Assembly (NCBI RefSeq): GCF_047555085.1
Contig: NZ_CP180230.1
Location: forward strand, 480,001-512,000
Length of the DNA: 32,000 bases
Direction of reading: 5' to 3'
Source: Candidatus Saccharimonadota bacterium
GTDB lineage: Archaea; Nanohalarchaeota; Nanosalinia; Nanosalinales; Nanosalinaceae
Shown: piece by piece, positions 31,676-32,000 of the stretch
Layout: each line of letters opens with the position of its first letter
Numbering within the stretch: position 1 is the stretch's first letter
Position numbers and translations under genes: made by a program
Notes under the pieces: generated by a model
What the model was told of the DNA's origin: nothing
The model's database searches: none
The model's input: the letters and a program-made list of their open reading frames with translations, nothing else

Positions 31676-32000
31676 TCATTCGCTGTAAAGCGGATCGTTG
31701 AATATCTGTCCCAGAATCTTCGCTCCTGTATCTATCCCGAGATCTTCATCTATCTCCAGGATTTTCTCCTCTCTTTTCTTCCCGAGTTCTACAGCCTCAA
31801 CAATATTTTCTTCCTCAGGCCTTGGAACATAGCTTACAAGCTCCAGATACTTCAGATCTTTCTTCCTGATCACGCCTTCCGAGACAAGTTCCTCTGCCTT
31901 CTCACGTGTAGGCCTCTCGATATGGCCTTCAACAACATTGCTGGCGAAATACTCCACATCGTCTTCAGGATAGCCGAGGAATTCTCCTACACCCTCATCT
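31676..32000 (-). CDS. LGYPE-motif hypothetical protein, C-terminal part (5' end outside window)
   Basis: The reverse frame stays open to base 32000 (…DEGVGEFLGYPEDDVEYFASN…). It is a paralog of 29138..29743. Confidence 0.55.
   Translation of the reverse strand, partial: DEGVGEFLGYPEDDVEYFASNVVEGHIERPTREKAEELVSEGVIRKKDLKYLELVSYVPRPEEENIVEAVELGKKREEKILEIDEDLGIDTGAKILGQIFNDPLYSE

Noticed and set aside
1-32000. CRISPR arrays, rRNA genes, IS elements or integrases
   Set aside because: No regularly spaced direct repeats, no rRNA-like conserved stretches, and no DDE transposase or tyrosine/serine recombinase motifs appear in any tracked ORF.

Overview
The window looks archaeal. It encodes a TFB with an N-terminal zinc ribbon and an Orc1/Cdc6 initiator, has TATA-like boxes at about -25, and ends genes with oligo-T. 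Proteins are strongly acidic while GC is only moderate (spot checks of single 60-nt lines give about 32-53%), and genes are tightly packed and often overlap. This suggests a low-GC extreme halophile, possibly a nanohaloarchaeon (inference only).

Bases 1 to about 9300 are a lower-GC accessory island. It holds the C-terminus of a DNA methyltransferase coupled to two micro membrane ORFs, and four toxin-antitoxin-like modules: two Fic/Doc genes, a TumE/TumA-like pair and a HEPN-MNT pair. It also holds a PLD-SNF2 helicase-nuclease fusion followed by a VRR-NUC nuclease and a zinc-ribbon micro-ORF.

The rest is mostly core-like:
- DUF45/YgjP peptidase, PiT phosphate transporter, TFB, an AbrB-like protein, a frameshifted cupin and an MFS transporter.
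- An AddAB-like helicase-nuclease pair, colinear with a LamG pair and a SWIM protein.
- A YdbS/YdbT-like bPH membrane pair, and Orc1/Cdc6 with a candidate origin region.
- A second LamG pair flanked by paralogous unknown genes.

The most unusual non-genic signal is the palindrome AGGCCT. I counted about 120 copies by hand against roughly 6 expected, in all reading frames and in most intergenic spacers, and it is much sparser in the island. No rRNA, tRNA, CRISPR array, transposase or integrase was seen.
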